Shown: piece after piece, positions 23,338-36,300 of the stretch
How positions within the stretch are numbered: the first letter of the stretch is position 1
How the letters are laid out: each line of letters opens with the position of its first letter
DNA from: Convolutriloba macropyga
Lineage: Eukaryota
NCBI RefSeq assembly: GCF_964194025.1
Contig: NC_134475.1
Coordinates: 30,442,001 to 30,506,000 of the forward strand
Reading direction: 5' to 3'
DNA length: 64,000 nt
The notes under the pieces: model-generated
The model's input: the letters and a program-made list of their open reading frames with translations, nothing else
What the model was told of the DNA's origin: nothing
The model's database searches: none
Translations under genes and position numbers: made by a program

Positions 23338-26300
23338 GCCTGTGCCTGGTCGCATCTTAGTGATCTTGGTATACCGTGGAAGGTCATGTAACTTTTAAGA
23401 AACTCAATTGCTGTTTCGGTGTTGCAATTGTGGTATGCCTTTGCGTGGGGGTATCTAGAAAATCTGTCTACCGAGACTAGAATGTATGTGTCTTTGTTAT
23501 TGTTTAGTATTGGCCTGTGAAGTCTATTTGTTCTTCTTCATTAGGTTCTTGTAGATTGTTTAGATGTGTGTGTTTATTTTTTGGAATGATTGATTTAGTA
23601 TGTTTGTTAACTGTGTGTTTGCTGTTCTGCCAAAGTGTGCTTCGAACGGAGTGATTCGTGTTGTTGTGTTGGGGATCAGTCTAATGTTTACTATTATGTG
23701 TGTGATTTTATCGGCTAATGTTTCTTTGTCTCATTTGGGATCTATGTTTATCTCCGAAAGTCGTCTTTTTATTGTTTGTATCATACGTTCAACTAGTCCT
23801 GTCCCTCTGTGATCTCCTGCTGGGGCTAGGATTAATTTAATGTTGTTATCTTTGCAGAAAATTTCGAAATTTTTAGATTTGAATGCCTGTGCCTGGTCGC
23901 ATCTTATTGATCTTGGTATACCGTGGAAGGTCATGTAACTTTTAAGAAACTCAATTGCTGTTTCGGTGTTGCAATTGTGGTATGCCTTTGCGTGGGGGTA
24001 TCTAGAAAATCTGTCTACCGAGACTAGAATGTATGTGTCTTTGTTATTGTTTAGTATTGGCCTGTGAAATCTATTTGTACTTCTTCATTAGGTTCTTGTA
24101 GATTGTTTAGATGTGTGTGTTTATTTTTTGGAATGATTGATTTTAAGTTCTTACCAATGGCTGTGCACGGTTTGCATCTTTGTGCCTTTATGACGATCTC
24201 CCGGTGTATGCGGGGAAACCAGACAAGTTGCGCCATGTACATCATTCCCGCCTGTCCCGTATGGGTTTTGTGGATTGATTGTAGTGCAATATCGCGTAAA
24301 TTAGGAGGTATATAAAGTTTGCGGTCATAAAGGATACAGCCGTTTTCATTTACGGATAGGTCCTTTTTTAGTGTATGCCAATAGCGGGAATAGTGTTTTA
24401 GTGCGAGCCAGTCCGGGTTTTGGATCATTTTGCGGATCCTATTGCTCTGGTTATCTAGTTTGATCGCTTCTGATATAAAATTTTCGTTCATCACTTTGTG
24501 TAAATTCGATAATGGGATGTTGTTTTCCGATTGGGTGTTATCGAAGGGTTTTTTTTACCCGAGTGGGATCTAGAGGGATTATTCCTTTTCTTAAGTTATT
24601 GTCAATATCTGGTTGTGTTGCGATAGTAACTGATCTTGGGGGGTCTAATTGTTGGGGTTGGTTGCTTACGGTAGTGTTTTCTTGGAGAGGATTCATCTTT
24701 TTGACTCGGGGGCGTTTATGGAATTGCTTATCAAAGGTACTAGAATATGGTTTATTTCGGGTACAAACGAAAACGTTGGAATTTGTGGGATGATTTGAAG
24801 TTGAATTTTGATGAAAATGTTAATTACAAGAATTTGAATGTGGAATTGTTTTTGAAGAATGTAAAGAAATGTTAAGTAAAGAAGAGTTATAGTGATTGCA
24901 CGAGTGCGACTGATTTGAACAACAATTTTGGCAAAAAGCGTGTCTGCTTTGTTTGCTTTGCTTACTAATTTTTCTTACGTCATGCTTTGCGTGCTTTATT
25001 GTTTGCGCATTCTGATTGATTGAAATTCTTAGCGCGTTCTTTAGTGTGTATTTAAATGTGTTTATTAAATTTACTACATAATTTTTGTCGCTCTCGAGCG
25101 GTTGGGGTGCTGGAGAGATCGGATATCTGCTAAAGTAATCTGCGAATCCCATGTTTTTTCCTGGTATGTGTTGTACTGTAAAGTGAAAAAGGTAGTAATC
25201 TGTCTACCCAACTGGTCAGGCGGCTTTGGTACGTTTTGTTTCCCCTGTTGTTTTTTTAGGGCCGAAAGGAGTGCTTGGTGATCTGTTTGGAGTCCAAATT
25301 TGGAGCCGTATAGTTAATATTTGAAATGTTCTAATGACCAAACGACTGCTAGTAATTCTAATTCGTTGGTACTGTATTTTTGTTCATTATTGTTTAGGAA
25401 TCTGCTAGCGTATGCTACTGGGTACCAGTTGTTATCTAAATATTGTTCTAAGCACGCTCCAAGTCCATTTTTACTTGCGTCACATCTGACCCGTGTGGGT
25501 TTTGTTGTGTCGAAGTGCTTGTTTTCTATAATCTGTGTTATTGCGGTTTTGATTTTATTGAATGCTAAATCCTGTTCGCTTGACCATTTTAGCTTGGAAC
25601 CTTTTATGCTGTTTTTCGTTGATAATAATGGTCTCAGGGGTGCTGTTAATTCTGCTACGTTGGGAATGAATTTTATCATATGGTGTATGCTACCCATGAA
25701 TGATCTAAGTTGTTTTAACGTGTAGGGTGGGTCCATTTCTGAGATGGATTTTGTTTTCTTTTCGGTTGGGATTATCCCGTTCGGGTTTATTCTGTAACCG
25801 AGCCATATGATTTCCGTTTGGGCAAATTCGCATTTGTGAAGGCTTATGGCTAGGTTTTCTTTGTCTAGTCTAGATAGTACTTTCATTATTTCTTTTTCAT
25901 GGTTGTCTAGGGATCCTTTGGTGATAATTATAATATCGTCTAAAAATGCGTGTGCTGAATTTATGTTGTTTAATGTATAGTCGATCGCTTTTTGAAATGT
26001 TGCAGGCATGTCAGTGAGTCCGTAAAAGCCATTGATGAATCTGTATGTTCCTGTGGCGTTTCCGCCCAGGATATTAAAGTTGCAGTGTTTTTGTGTGTCT
26101 TTGTGTAGTGGGATTTGGCTGTATGCATATTTTAAATCAATTTTTGAGAAGTAAAATGTGCCTGGATTGTTTTTTTTGCTCGCTAATTTTTTTGGATATA
26201 GTGTCCATTAGGTGGTCAATGCTTTGCATTTGATATTTGTTTTTGTGTATTGCTTCGTTTAGTTCTTTTGAATCGAGTGCTATTTTGATAGAGTTGTCGC

Positions 26301-27100
26301 TTTTGACCGTGATCACTACCGGGCTTATGAAATACTCGTCTGAGCATTTTTCTAATTTAATTATTTGTTTGTCTTCTATTATTTTTTTTAGTTCTCTTTC
26401 GACTTTGTCAATTAGGTGAATGGGTACCCTTCTTCCTTTGTGCTGTGTTGGTTTGAAATATTGCTTGAATGTTGATTTGGCTATGCGGTTTTTTGATTTT
26501 CCCAAACGGGTGCATAGGTGTGGAAAATTTTCGAAAATTTTGTGTGCTATTTGTTGTTGGTCCGGATTGATGAAATTAATTGTTTTCTCACCTTGTTTTG
26601 TTTGTGTCAGGTGGATCCCCAGTTTTTGTAGTATGTCCCTACCCAGTAGGTTCACAGTGTTGTGTGGCACTACCAGTATTTCACAGTCTTTTGCTACTGA
26701 GTTTCCTGACAAGAGGTGTATCTTGAGTGTGCTGATTATTTTAATTTTATTGTTGTTGAAGCATCGAAATTCTCCTAGTTTGGGTGTGTTGTTTTGTATT
26801 TCTTTCCCGAGTTTGTTTATCAGATTGTTAGCTGTTTCTTGTGATATGAAGCTTCTTGGACTTCCTGTGTCGACTAGCCAATGTATCTTACATATTCCCG
26901 ATTGGGTCTCTAACCAATATTCTCCCATTTTGGTTTTATTTATCTTGTTAACCTTTGTTTGTTTCCAGTCCCATTTAACTATATTGATTGTGTTCCAGTC
27001 GTCCATCATTTCCCTTATGTAGCATGCGCTCTCTGGGTCGATGGATTCATCTTCGTCTGATTTGTTGCTTTCTGCATTTGATAAGTCCTCTGTAGAAGTT
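23338..27100 (-). pseudogene. Second (downstream) copy of PR-RT-RNaseH-integrase, disrupted
   Basis: Motifs LVDTGS, FLDD, RCDASKNGLG, HHCC (HKTH...CKPC), PRSIRCDQAQAF and GLVERMIQTIK, with multiple stops and frameshifts. Confidence 0.92.
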
Positions 27101-27113
27101 ACTAGATTGATGA

Positions 27114-30100
27114 CGGATACTAGATTGATGACTTCTACAGTATCCGAGTTGTTCCACCTGTCCAGATCAGTGCTTACAATGGAGGAGTATCGTTGTTGCC
27201 TTCGTTTCGCTTGTTCGAGTTTCGACTGGGCTAGTGCTGCCTGTTTTGATTTTGCTTCGAATTGTGGAACGTTTGTTCTTTTTGTGGGCTGCTGTGCTTT
27301 TCTTCTGGGGCTTCCTGCTTTGCCCTTCCTTTGTTTTTGATTTTGTTTCGTTGTGGTGTTTTTCATGGTTGGCTTGGTGGCGGCTTGTTGTGTTTGTCTG
27401 CTTGTGCCCGGTTGGGGTTCGTCCTGTTGTTGTGTTGACTGTTCCGCTGCCCATTTCTCTTTTTGTTTCTTCTCATCTAAATAGAATTTCTTAATTTTTT
27501 CTCTATTTCTCTTATATTTGCCGACAGTCTTGCACGCTACGAAGTCTATCAGTCTAGGTTTATTTGGGATTGTTTCAGTGGCTATGGCTATATCGCTTTT
27601 TCTGATTACTGTGTCTTTTCTTTTTGGTGTGTCGATTGTGATTGTGTGGGGTGTGTAATTTGTTATTGTCCCGTCCGGGATTATATTCCATAGCGGTTTA
27701 AGTGTGCCTCGTGGTTCCTTTACTCTGCGCATTATTGTTTTTCTTGCTACTTGGTTTCTTGATTTTACTAATACTGATGTTTTATCTCCGAATGTAATGC
27801 TTAGTTTGTCGGGTACGATTTTTATGGGAGAAATGGTCTTACGTTTTTGCGCCGTAGGTGCGCGTTTTGTGGCTAGGGGTTCATCGTTTGAGTCTGATTC
27901 GGCACCGGGGGACTGGTATTGTATGTCCGGATGGGGCTCAGAGTCAGAGTCTTGATTCCAGATGCCTGCCTCGCTCAGCATGGCCTGCTTCAGTTTCTTC
28001 TTGTCTAAATGGAAATTCTTTATTTTATTGTATGATAAGTTTTTGTGGTTTGGCTTTTTTAGTATGTTTGTTAACTGTGTGTTTGTTGTTCAGCCAAAGT
28101 GTGCTTCGAACGGAGTGATTCGTGTTGTTGTGTTGGGGATCAGTCTAATGTTTTCTATTATGTGTGTGATTTAATCGGCTAATGTTTCTTTGTCTCATTT
28201 GGGATCCATGTTTATTGCCGAAAGTCGTCTTTTTATTGTTTGTATCATACGTTCAACTAGTCCTGTCCCTCTGTGATCTCCTGCTGGGGCTAGGATTAAT
28301 TTAATGTTGTTATCTTTGCAGAAAATTTCGAAATTTTTAGATTTGAATGCCTGTGCCTGGTCGCATCTTAGTGATCTTGGTATACCGTGGAAGGTCATGT
28401 AACTTTTAAGAAACTCAATTGCTGTTTCGGTGTTGCAATTGTGGTATGCCTTTGCGTGGTGGTATCTAGAAAATCTGTCTACCGAGACTAGAATGTATGT
28501 GTCTTTGTTATTGTTTAGTATTGGCCTGTGAAGTCTATTTGTACTTCTTCATTAGGTTCTTGTAGATTGTTTAGATGTGTGTGTTTATTTTTTGGAATGA
28601 TTGATTTTAAGTTCTTACCAATGGCTGTGCACGGTTTGCATCTTTGTGCCTTTATGAAGATCTCCCGGTGTATGCGGGGAAACCAGACAAGTTGCGCCAT
28701 GTACATCATTCCCGCCTGTCCCGTATGGGTTTTGTGGATTGATTGTAGTGCAATATCGCGTAAATTAGGAGGTATATAAAGTTTGCGGTCATAAAGGATA
28801 CAGCCGTTTTCATTTACGGATAGGTCCTTTTTTAGTGTATGCCAATAGCGGGAATAGTGTTTTAGTGCGAGCCAGTCCTGGTTTTGGATCATTTTGCGGA
28901 TCCTATTGCTCTGGTTATCTAGTTTGATCGCTTCTGATATAAAATTTTTGTTCATGACTTTGTGTAAATTCGATAATGGGATGTTGTTTTCCGATTGGGT
29001 GTTATCGAAGGGGTTTTTTTACCCGAGTGGGATCTAGAGGGGTTATTCCTTTTCTTAAGTTATTGTCAATATCTGGTTGTGTTGCGATAGTAACTGATCT
29101 TGGGGGGTCTAATTGTTGGGGTCGGTTGCTTACGGTAGTGTTTTCTTGGAGAGGATTCATCTTTTTGACTCGGGGGCGTTTATGGAATTGCTTATCAAAG
29201 GTACTAGAATATGGTTTATTTCGGGTACAAACGAATACGTTGGAATTTGTGGGATGATTTGAAGTTGAAGTTTGATGGAAATGTGAATTACAAGAATTTG
29301 AATGTGGAATTGTTTTTGAAGAATGTAAAGAAATGTTAAGTAAAGAAGAGTTATAGTGATTGCACGAGTGCGACTGATTTGAACAACAATTTTGGCAAAA
29401 AGCGTGTCTGCTTTGTTTGCTTTGCTTACTAATTTTTCTTACGTCATGCTTTGCGTGCTTTATTGTTTGCGCATTCTGATTGATTGAAATTCTTAGCGCG
29501 TTCTTTAGTGTGTATTTAAATGTGTTTATTAAATTTACTACATAATTTTTGTCGCTCTCGAGCGGTTGGGGTGCTGGAGAGATCGGAAATCTGCTAAAGT
29601 AATCTGCGAATCCCATGTTTTTTCCTGGTATGTGTTGTACTGTAAAGTGAAAAAGGTAGTAATCTGTCTACCCAATGGGTCAGGCGGCTTTGGTTAGTTT
29701 TGTTTCCCCTGTTGTTTTTTTAGGGCCGAAACGAGTGCTTGGTGATCTGTTTGGAGTTCAAATTTGGAGCCGTATAGTTAATATTTGAAATGTTCTAATG
29801 ACCAAACGACTGCTAGTAATTCTAATTCGTTGGTACTGTATTTTTGTTCATTATTGTTTAGGAATCTGCTAGCGTATGCTATTGGGTACCAGTTGTTATC
29901 TAAATATTGTTCTAAGCACGCTCCAAGTCGATTTTTACTTGCGTCACATCTGACCCGTGTGGGTTTTGTTGTGTCGAAGTGCTTGTTTTCTATAATCTGT
30001 GTTATTGCGGTTTTGATTTTATTGAATGCTAAATCATGTTCACTTGACCATTTTAGCTTGGAACCTTTTATGCTGTTTTTCGTTGATAATAATAATCTCA

Positions 30101-31850
30101 GGGGTGCTGTTAATTCTGCTAGGTTGGGAATGAATTTTATCATATGGTGTATGCTACCCATGAATGATCTAAGTTGTTTTAACGTGTAGGGTTGGTCCAT
30201 TTCTGAGATGGATTTTGTTTTCTTTTCGGTTGGGATTATCCCGTTTGGGCTTATTCTGTAACCGAGCCATATGATTTCCGTTTGGGCAAATTCGCATTTG
30301 TGAAGGCTTATGGCTAGATTTTCTTTGTCTAGTCTAGATAGTACTTTCATTTTTTCTTTTTCATGGTTGTCTAGGGATCCTTTGGTGATAATGATAATAT
30401 CGTCTAAAAATGCGTGTGCTGAATTTATGTTTAATGTATAGTCGATCGCTTTTTGAAATGTTTCAGGCATGTCAGTGAGTCCGTAAAAGCCATTGATGAA
30501 TCTGTATGTTCCTGTGGCGTTTCCGCCCAGGATATTAAAGTTGCAGTGTTTTTGGGTGTCTTTATGTAGTGGGATTTGGCTGTATGCATATTTTAAGTCA
30601 ATTTTTGAGAAGTAAAATTTGCCTGGATTGTTTTTTTGCTCGCTAATTTTTTTGGATATAGTGTCCATTAGGTGGTCAATGCTTTGCATTTGATATTTGT
30701 TTTTGTGTATTGCTTCGTTTAGTTCTTTTGAATCGAGTGCTATTTTGATAGAGTTGTCGCTTTTGATCGTGATCACTACCGGGCTTATGAAATACTCGTC
30801 TGAACATTTTTCTAATTTAATTATTTGTTTGTCTTCTATTAGTTTTTTTAGTTCTCTTTCGACTTTGTCAATTAGGTGAATGGGTACCATTCTTCCTTTG
30901 TGCTGTGTTGGTTTGAAATATTGCTTGAATGTTGATTTGGCTATGTGGTTTTTTGATTTTCCCAAACGGGTGCATAGGTGCGGAAAATTTTCGAAAATTT
31001 TGTGTGTTATTTGTTGTTGGTCCGGATTGATGAAATTAATTGTTTTCTCACCTTGTTTTGTTTGTGTCAGGTGGATCCCCAGTTTTTGTAGTATGTCCCT
31101 GCCCAGTAGGTTCACAGTTTTGTGTGGCACTACCAGTATTTCACAGTCTTTTGCTACTGAGTTTCCTGACGAGAGGTGTATCTTGAGTGTGCTGATTATT
31201 TTAATTTTATTGTTGTTGAAGCATCGAAATTCTCCTAGTTTGGAGGTGTTGTTTTGTATTTCTTTCCCGAGTTTGTTTATCAGATTGTTAGCTGTTTCTT
31301 GTGATATGAAGCTTCTTGGACTTCCTGTGTCGACTAGCCAATGTATCTTACATTTGCCCGATTGGGTCTCTAACCAATATTCTCCCATTTGGGTTTTATT
31401 TATCTTGTTAACCTTTGTTTGTTTCCAGTCCCATTTAACTATATTGATTGTGTTCCAGTCGTCCATCATTTCCCTTATGTAGCATGCGCTCTCTGGGTCG
31501 ATGGATTCATCTTCGTCTGATTTGTTGCTTTCTGCATTTGATAAGTCCTCTGTAGAAGTTGTTTTAATGTTTCTTACTCTTCTTGAATTTGGGAGGTAAT
31601 TATTGTTTTGATTGGTCGATACTGTGCTTCTGTTTTGTGTATTGTTTCTGATTGGTGGTTTTTGTGTTGGTCGGGGTGGCATTTCAGCTCTGCACATTTT
31701 GGCGTAGTGGCCTATTTTCTTGCAAATCCTGCATATCTCGTTCTTTGCAGGACAATTACTAAGATGCCCGGGTATAAATTTGTATCCGCATTTCCAGCAG
31801 TCTGGGATTGGTCCTGATTTTTGTAGTATACCTGTGCGTTGTTGTATATT
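27114..31850 (-). pseudogene. First copy of zinc knuckles-PR-RT-RNaseH-integrase-partial tail, disrupted
   Basis: Knuckles CWKC..H..C and CRICKKIGHYAKMC, then LVDTGSPRSF, KIDLKYAYSQI, FLDDIII, YSTNELELLAVVWSLEHF, and the integrase HHCC and core. ORF 29778-31697 is still open. Confidence 0.93.
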
Positions 31851-32696
31851 TTATCTGTATTGTGTATTGTTGCGTCTTATGTATTGTACGTCTGAGGGTC
31901 CTTGTGGGTTCATTTCGAATTGCGATCTGCTTTTGGTTGTCATCTTTTGCTGGTTTTCTTGGCCTCTTTCTCTTGCCAGTGCATATTGTAGTGTTCCGAT
32001 CGGGTCTCGGTCTTCCGATAATAGGTCCATTTGAATTTGTGGGTTTCTCATGCCTTGAATGAAGATGCCTTTTACTAGACTATCTTCTAGGGCTTCCCAA
32101 TTGCAGAGTGCTGCTTTTTGTTTGATTCTTGATTGGAATTTTTCCAGTGATTTGTTTTGTTCTTGTCTACAGTTAAAGAATTGGAAGCGGTCAAATGTTT
32201 CATTTCTCACTTCTTTAAATGTTTCCTTTAATTGTTCGACAAATGCATCTGTTGTGCATTTAGACATTTCCGTGTGGGGATTTCTTTGATGAAATATGTT
32301 GGTAGCCTCTTGGCCTAGGGAAAGGTAAATGAGGTTTTTTATTTTTGTGTCGGCCTCGTCCCACGGGGTGTTGTCTATGTAGGGGAGTTTGTCTTCCACT
32401 GCTAAGCATTGATTTTGCCAGTCAACTTTTCTTTTAATGTTGCGCTGTTCACGTTGCCTTTTCTCGGCTGTTGTTTCATCTGATATGGGAGGTTCGTAAA
32501 GAGGCTCGTGTGGGTAATCGAGTTCTGCGTTTTGTGGTCTGGGTCTAAGTAGTTTTTCTACTTGTATATTTTCCTTGGCTGTTATTGCCAGTTTTACTGT
32601 TTCAAACCATTTTTCCCACACTATATTTGGTTGTGGTCCGTTGTCCCAATATAATGTTAACCCTATTGGGGATTTAGCTATTGCTGACTGCGCCAT
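31851..32696 (-). pseudogene. gag (capsid region), ending at an in-frame TAA before the zinc knuckles
   Basis: MAQSAIAK..., with an MHR-like motif FDRFQFFNCRQEQNKSLEKFQSRIKQKAALCNW. It is in the same frame as the downstream knuckle-pol ORF. Confidence 0.88.
32682..32695 (-). other. Primer binding site, tRNA-Ser-like
   Basis: TGGCGCAGTCAGCA follows directly after the LTR-terminal CA (32697-32696). Confidence 0.8.
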
Positions 32697-33044
32697 GTCA
32701 AGATGAATAAAAGAGCAGTTCCAAAACTTTCGCAATTCAACTATTTTCGTTCACGATTCAGGCAAAAAGCGGTGAATAAGTTCACGGCTTAGAGAGATAA
32801 AGGCGAGACCAGACAATACCTGTCATCGCTGTGTACAGATGTTAGAATTAACAGAGGTGTTAAGACAAGTGATAGAAAGTTTACTGCGTACAACTGAATT
32901 GAGTCATCAAGTGATTGTGACTGAATGAACTGAACTAAAGTTTGAACAGATTCCCGAATGGGTTGATAGTATAATAGTATAATAATATATAGGTGTTAGT
33001 AGTGTTTATAATAGTAGATGAGTCCTGGTTTCAGTTCTTGACGG
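32696..33044 (-). repeat. 5' LTR (first 16 bp or so in the gap)
   Basis: Direct repeat of 21584-21896. It ends ...CTTGACA before the PBS. Confidence 0.92.
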
Positions 33045-33309
33045 NNNNNNNNNNNNNNNNNNNNNNNNNNNNNNNNNNNNNNNNNNNNNNNNNNNNNNNN
33101 NNNNNNNNNNNNNNNNNNNNNNNNNNNNNNNNNNNNNNNNNNNNNNNNNNNNNNNNNNNNNNNNNNNNNNNNNNNNNNNNNNNNNNNNNNNNNNNNNNNN
33201 NNNNNNNNNNNNNNNNNNNNNNNNNNNNNNNNNNNNNNNNNNNNNNNNNNNNNNNNNNNNNNNNNNNNNNNNNNNNNNNNNAATATAGTTTTTGCTGGAG
33301 AACCAAAAG

Positions 33310-36300
33310 AGAAGCTTTTTTTGGTAAAAAAACTTTTAATTTATTGCGTTGCAAAAACCACATATAATATTTGGACAAAACTAAAAAATACTATCGACGA
33401 TTCTGGTGCCATAGGTGTGATAGTTTTTTAAGCATGCTGGAAATTTAGACCGCCCGTTAAAAATGTGCAGATACAAGGTGCAACATTTTAACCTCCTAAA
33501 TTTGTTTGAAACGAGAGATGCATTATTTGATTAAATATAATTACATAAATATTTGCACTGCGTTACAACAACCACATAAAATATTTGGAAAAAACTGTAG
33601 ACGATACTGGTGACATACTTGTGATATTTTTTTCAAGCATGCTGGAAAATTAGGCCTCCCGTTAAAAATGTACAGATGTAGGGTGCAACACATTAACCTC
33701 ATAATTCCAGCTAAAACGAGCCTAACATTATTTGAATAGTTTGACAAGTTCGGGTTTTTTACAACCACGATCAGCATTTGTTTACAAATTTGGTTATTTT
33801 GATTTTGAATCAACATGTTTACCCTCCAAACAGTTAAAAAGAACATACAAAGACAACGGTTTCAGTTGGAAATCATGAACCAACCTCTGTCTCAACTTCC
33901 TCCAAGTTAAACCTACTTCTTATATGGTAACCTCTCACCATATTCCATTGACGACCTAGACAATGAAATGCAAATCACTCTTTATCTATCAAAAATGGTC
34001 ATGTACAACATCTCGTTTTCCTTAACTTTCAATCGACCAGTGAGATTAAATGATTCATCTCCTATGACTAGTTTCGCTCTCCCAAAAAGTCTATGCAATT
34101 CTGCCCTCCTTCAGGGTTACTCTTTAGTAAGTTGTGAGTTGTGGGATCATAATCGTTTGTAGAAGGATTTTATCGATTTGTTAAATTTCTGAACAATGGG
34201 GTTTTTCAACATGAGGCATTGAAAATGTTGAGGTTGAAAAAACCTCCTCCGTTAGGGGATGATAATAAAACTTATTGAATGTGGTCCGGGAGAATGCGCA
34301 AAGGACTTCATGCTGTTCCACCTTTTGACTCAATGCAGAAAACGATGAAGCTTCATCGCAACAAGGGAGTCGGTTTATTGAAATTTGGATTTACTCCTTT
34401 CAGCTTGACCAATTTTTATACGTCAAAAGTCAACGAAGAACAATTTTTTTCCATTTTGAAAGCCACCGTGGGAGAGGATATAGGTCAATATTTGTTTTTA
34501 CCAGAGGAGCAGTAGATGATCAGTGCTTCAAAAAAATATCGGAGGATTTGTTAGTCTGACGTGGGGAGTGACCTTAGTCAATTCAGTCCCCTGTCTTACT
34601 GTTCTTTACTCAGAATGGGAACTAAAGGCATATTATCAAAAGATTAGGGCTTCTACAAAACGATCTTGAACCATTGAGAAGGGAAGAACATTCCAGAATT
34701 GATGAGGGCAACAAATGAGAATTGTACAGTTGCAAGGAATCTGAGTTGTAAAGTTCAGTTTATAGTGAAGAGGATATTAGATAGTAATAGTGTAAAGGAT
34801 ATTGAGGAGAAAAATAATGCTAAAATTTTTCAAATATAGAAAAATAAAATGAAATTTTCGTTGTGTAAGGAGAAAGTTTTTTAATTGAATGAAAAAATCA
34901 TGAAAAAAAGAGGTGATATTATTTTCGAAGAAACGAAACAAATGCAATGGTGAAATTGTTTTTCTCCTTTTTATAGTAATATCTTGGGAATCAGAAAAAA
35001 AAACAATGAAGAAAACATTTAATAGAAGAGGGTGATTTTTTTTAACCAAAAATTGGAAAAAAGAAACGATTGTATACTAACTAAAAAAGACCAAATATTT
35101 TGAAAATGTGAAGCTTCAATAAAAAAACAGGAACTTTGATGACCATTTAGGAAAAGAACTGATTATTTGTTTGCTAAGCACTGACAGTTAAGCGCCAAAA
35201 ATTTACATAATTTACCAAAACTGTCTAGCTCTGATTCTTTTTCTCTTAAATTTAAATGAATTTTGGAAAAGGAACCAAATAATGGAACCAAACATATTTA
35301 CATATATATTAGTCTGTCGAATCACCAACCAAATTCCCACACCTTTTTTATTGCGTTCCGTATAAAATGGTAAATCGACAAACTCTCTAGAGATGAGGTA
35401 ATTGTGGTTGGATCCAGGAAAGGACACAGTATGCTTGTGGTAAACTTCTGTCATGGTCCAGATTTCTAGGACTTAATTTAGTGTAAACAAGTCTGTAAAA
35501 TAATAAAGTGTACCTCTGACAATAAATCGAATGAGTTTTGTTTTAAAGCGTCAAATTTGGAGTTACTAATCTAAAATGCTGCATATTCAAAATTTTCACT
35601 AAATCGGATTTTTCTGTCATTTTGAGAATAAGTGTCCAATTTATTAATTAAAAAAGGAAATCGACATCAATCGTGTCGTTTTTGTATGCAGCCCAAATCG
35701 TTTCTTGCTCTTGGAATTTTTTTCAACAAGTGTAAATATTGATTATTGTTTTAGAAATGAGCAAAAGTTCACGCTATACTCTGTTTTTTGTGAAGAAATT
35801 AAAAAATTGAGAAAACAAATTCACAGAAATAATTTTCATCATACGGACAAATTATTTTTAACTCTCAGATTTGATTAGGTGCAGGATTCAAAAAAAAAGA
35901 CTTTAAGTTGCAGTGACGAGTATCAAAGTTTTTTAAGTTGTCCAAGAAAAGCACTTTGTTCGAGAACTCTTATCTAATCTGTTTCAATTGGGACTCAGTC
36001 TCTCTTCAGGATAGGTTTGAAAAGAAGAATTTAATTAAGACATGTGCTCAAGAGCGGGAGAATACAAAAATGTAATTTTCTCTGACTTTAAATATAACTA
36101 TAGCCTTTACTCTTCTTAAAGATATATCAATTTGTTGACTCGATTGTGTTTTTCCTGAGCAGTTATTAAAACAATCACATGTCAATGTTCTGGAATTGAA
36201 TAGAAAAATGGAGACTTACAAATTTTGTCCTTATTTATTACGATCTGTACCCGTTTGCTTAAGTGGATCATCAGAATTGGAGAACAATGCAAAAGAAATT

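Larger units (their letters stand above)
21584..33044 (-). mobile_element. Ty3/Gypsy LTR retrotransposon (Mag-like), defective and internally duplicated
   Basis: Two LTRs, PBS, PPT, gag with twin zinc knuckles, and PR-RT-RH-INT domain order. Both ends run into assembly gaps, so no TSD is visible. Confidence 0.95.

Noticed and set aside
23731-29780. Stops shared by both pol copies as evidence of an alternative genetic code
   Set aside because: Frameshifts are shared too, and host genes end in TAA, TAG and probably TGA. Inheritance from a dead ancestor explains it.
25321-31482. Plus-strand ORFs of 130-200 aa inside the Gypsy element
   Set aside because: They are antisense shadows of the A-rich pol frame, duplicated with it, and have no motifs.
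31851-31853. In-frame TAA between gag and pol as programmed readthrough
   Set aside because: It lies upstream of the zinc knuckles in a Gln-rich stretch (likely CAA to TAA), has a non-leaky TAA-A context, and the element has many other lesions.
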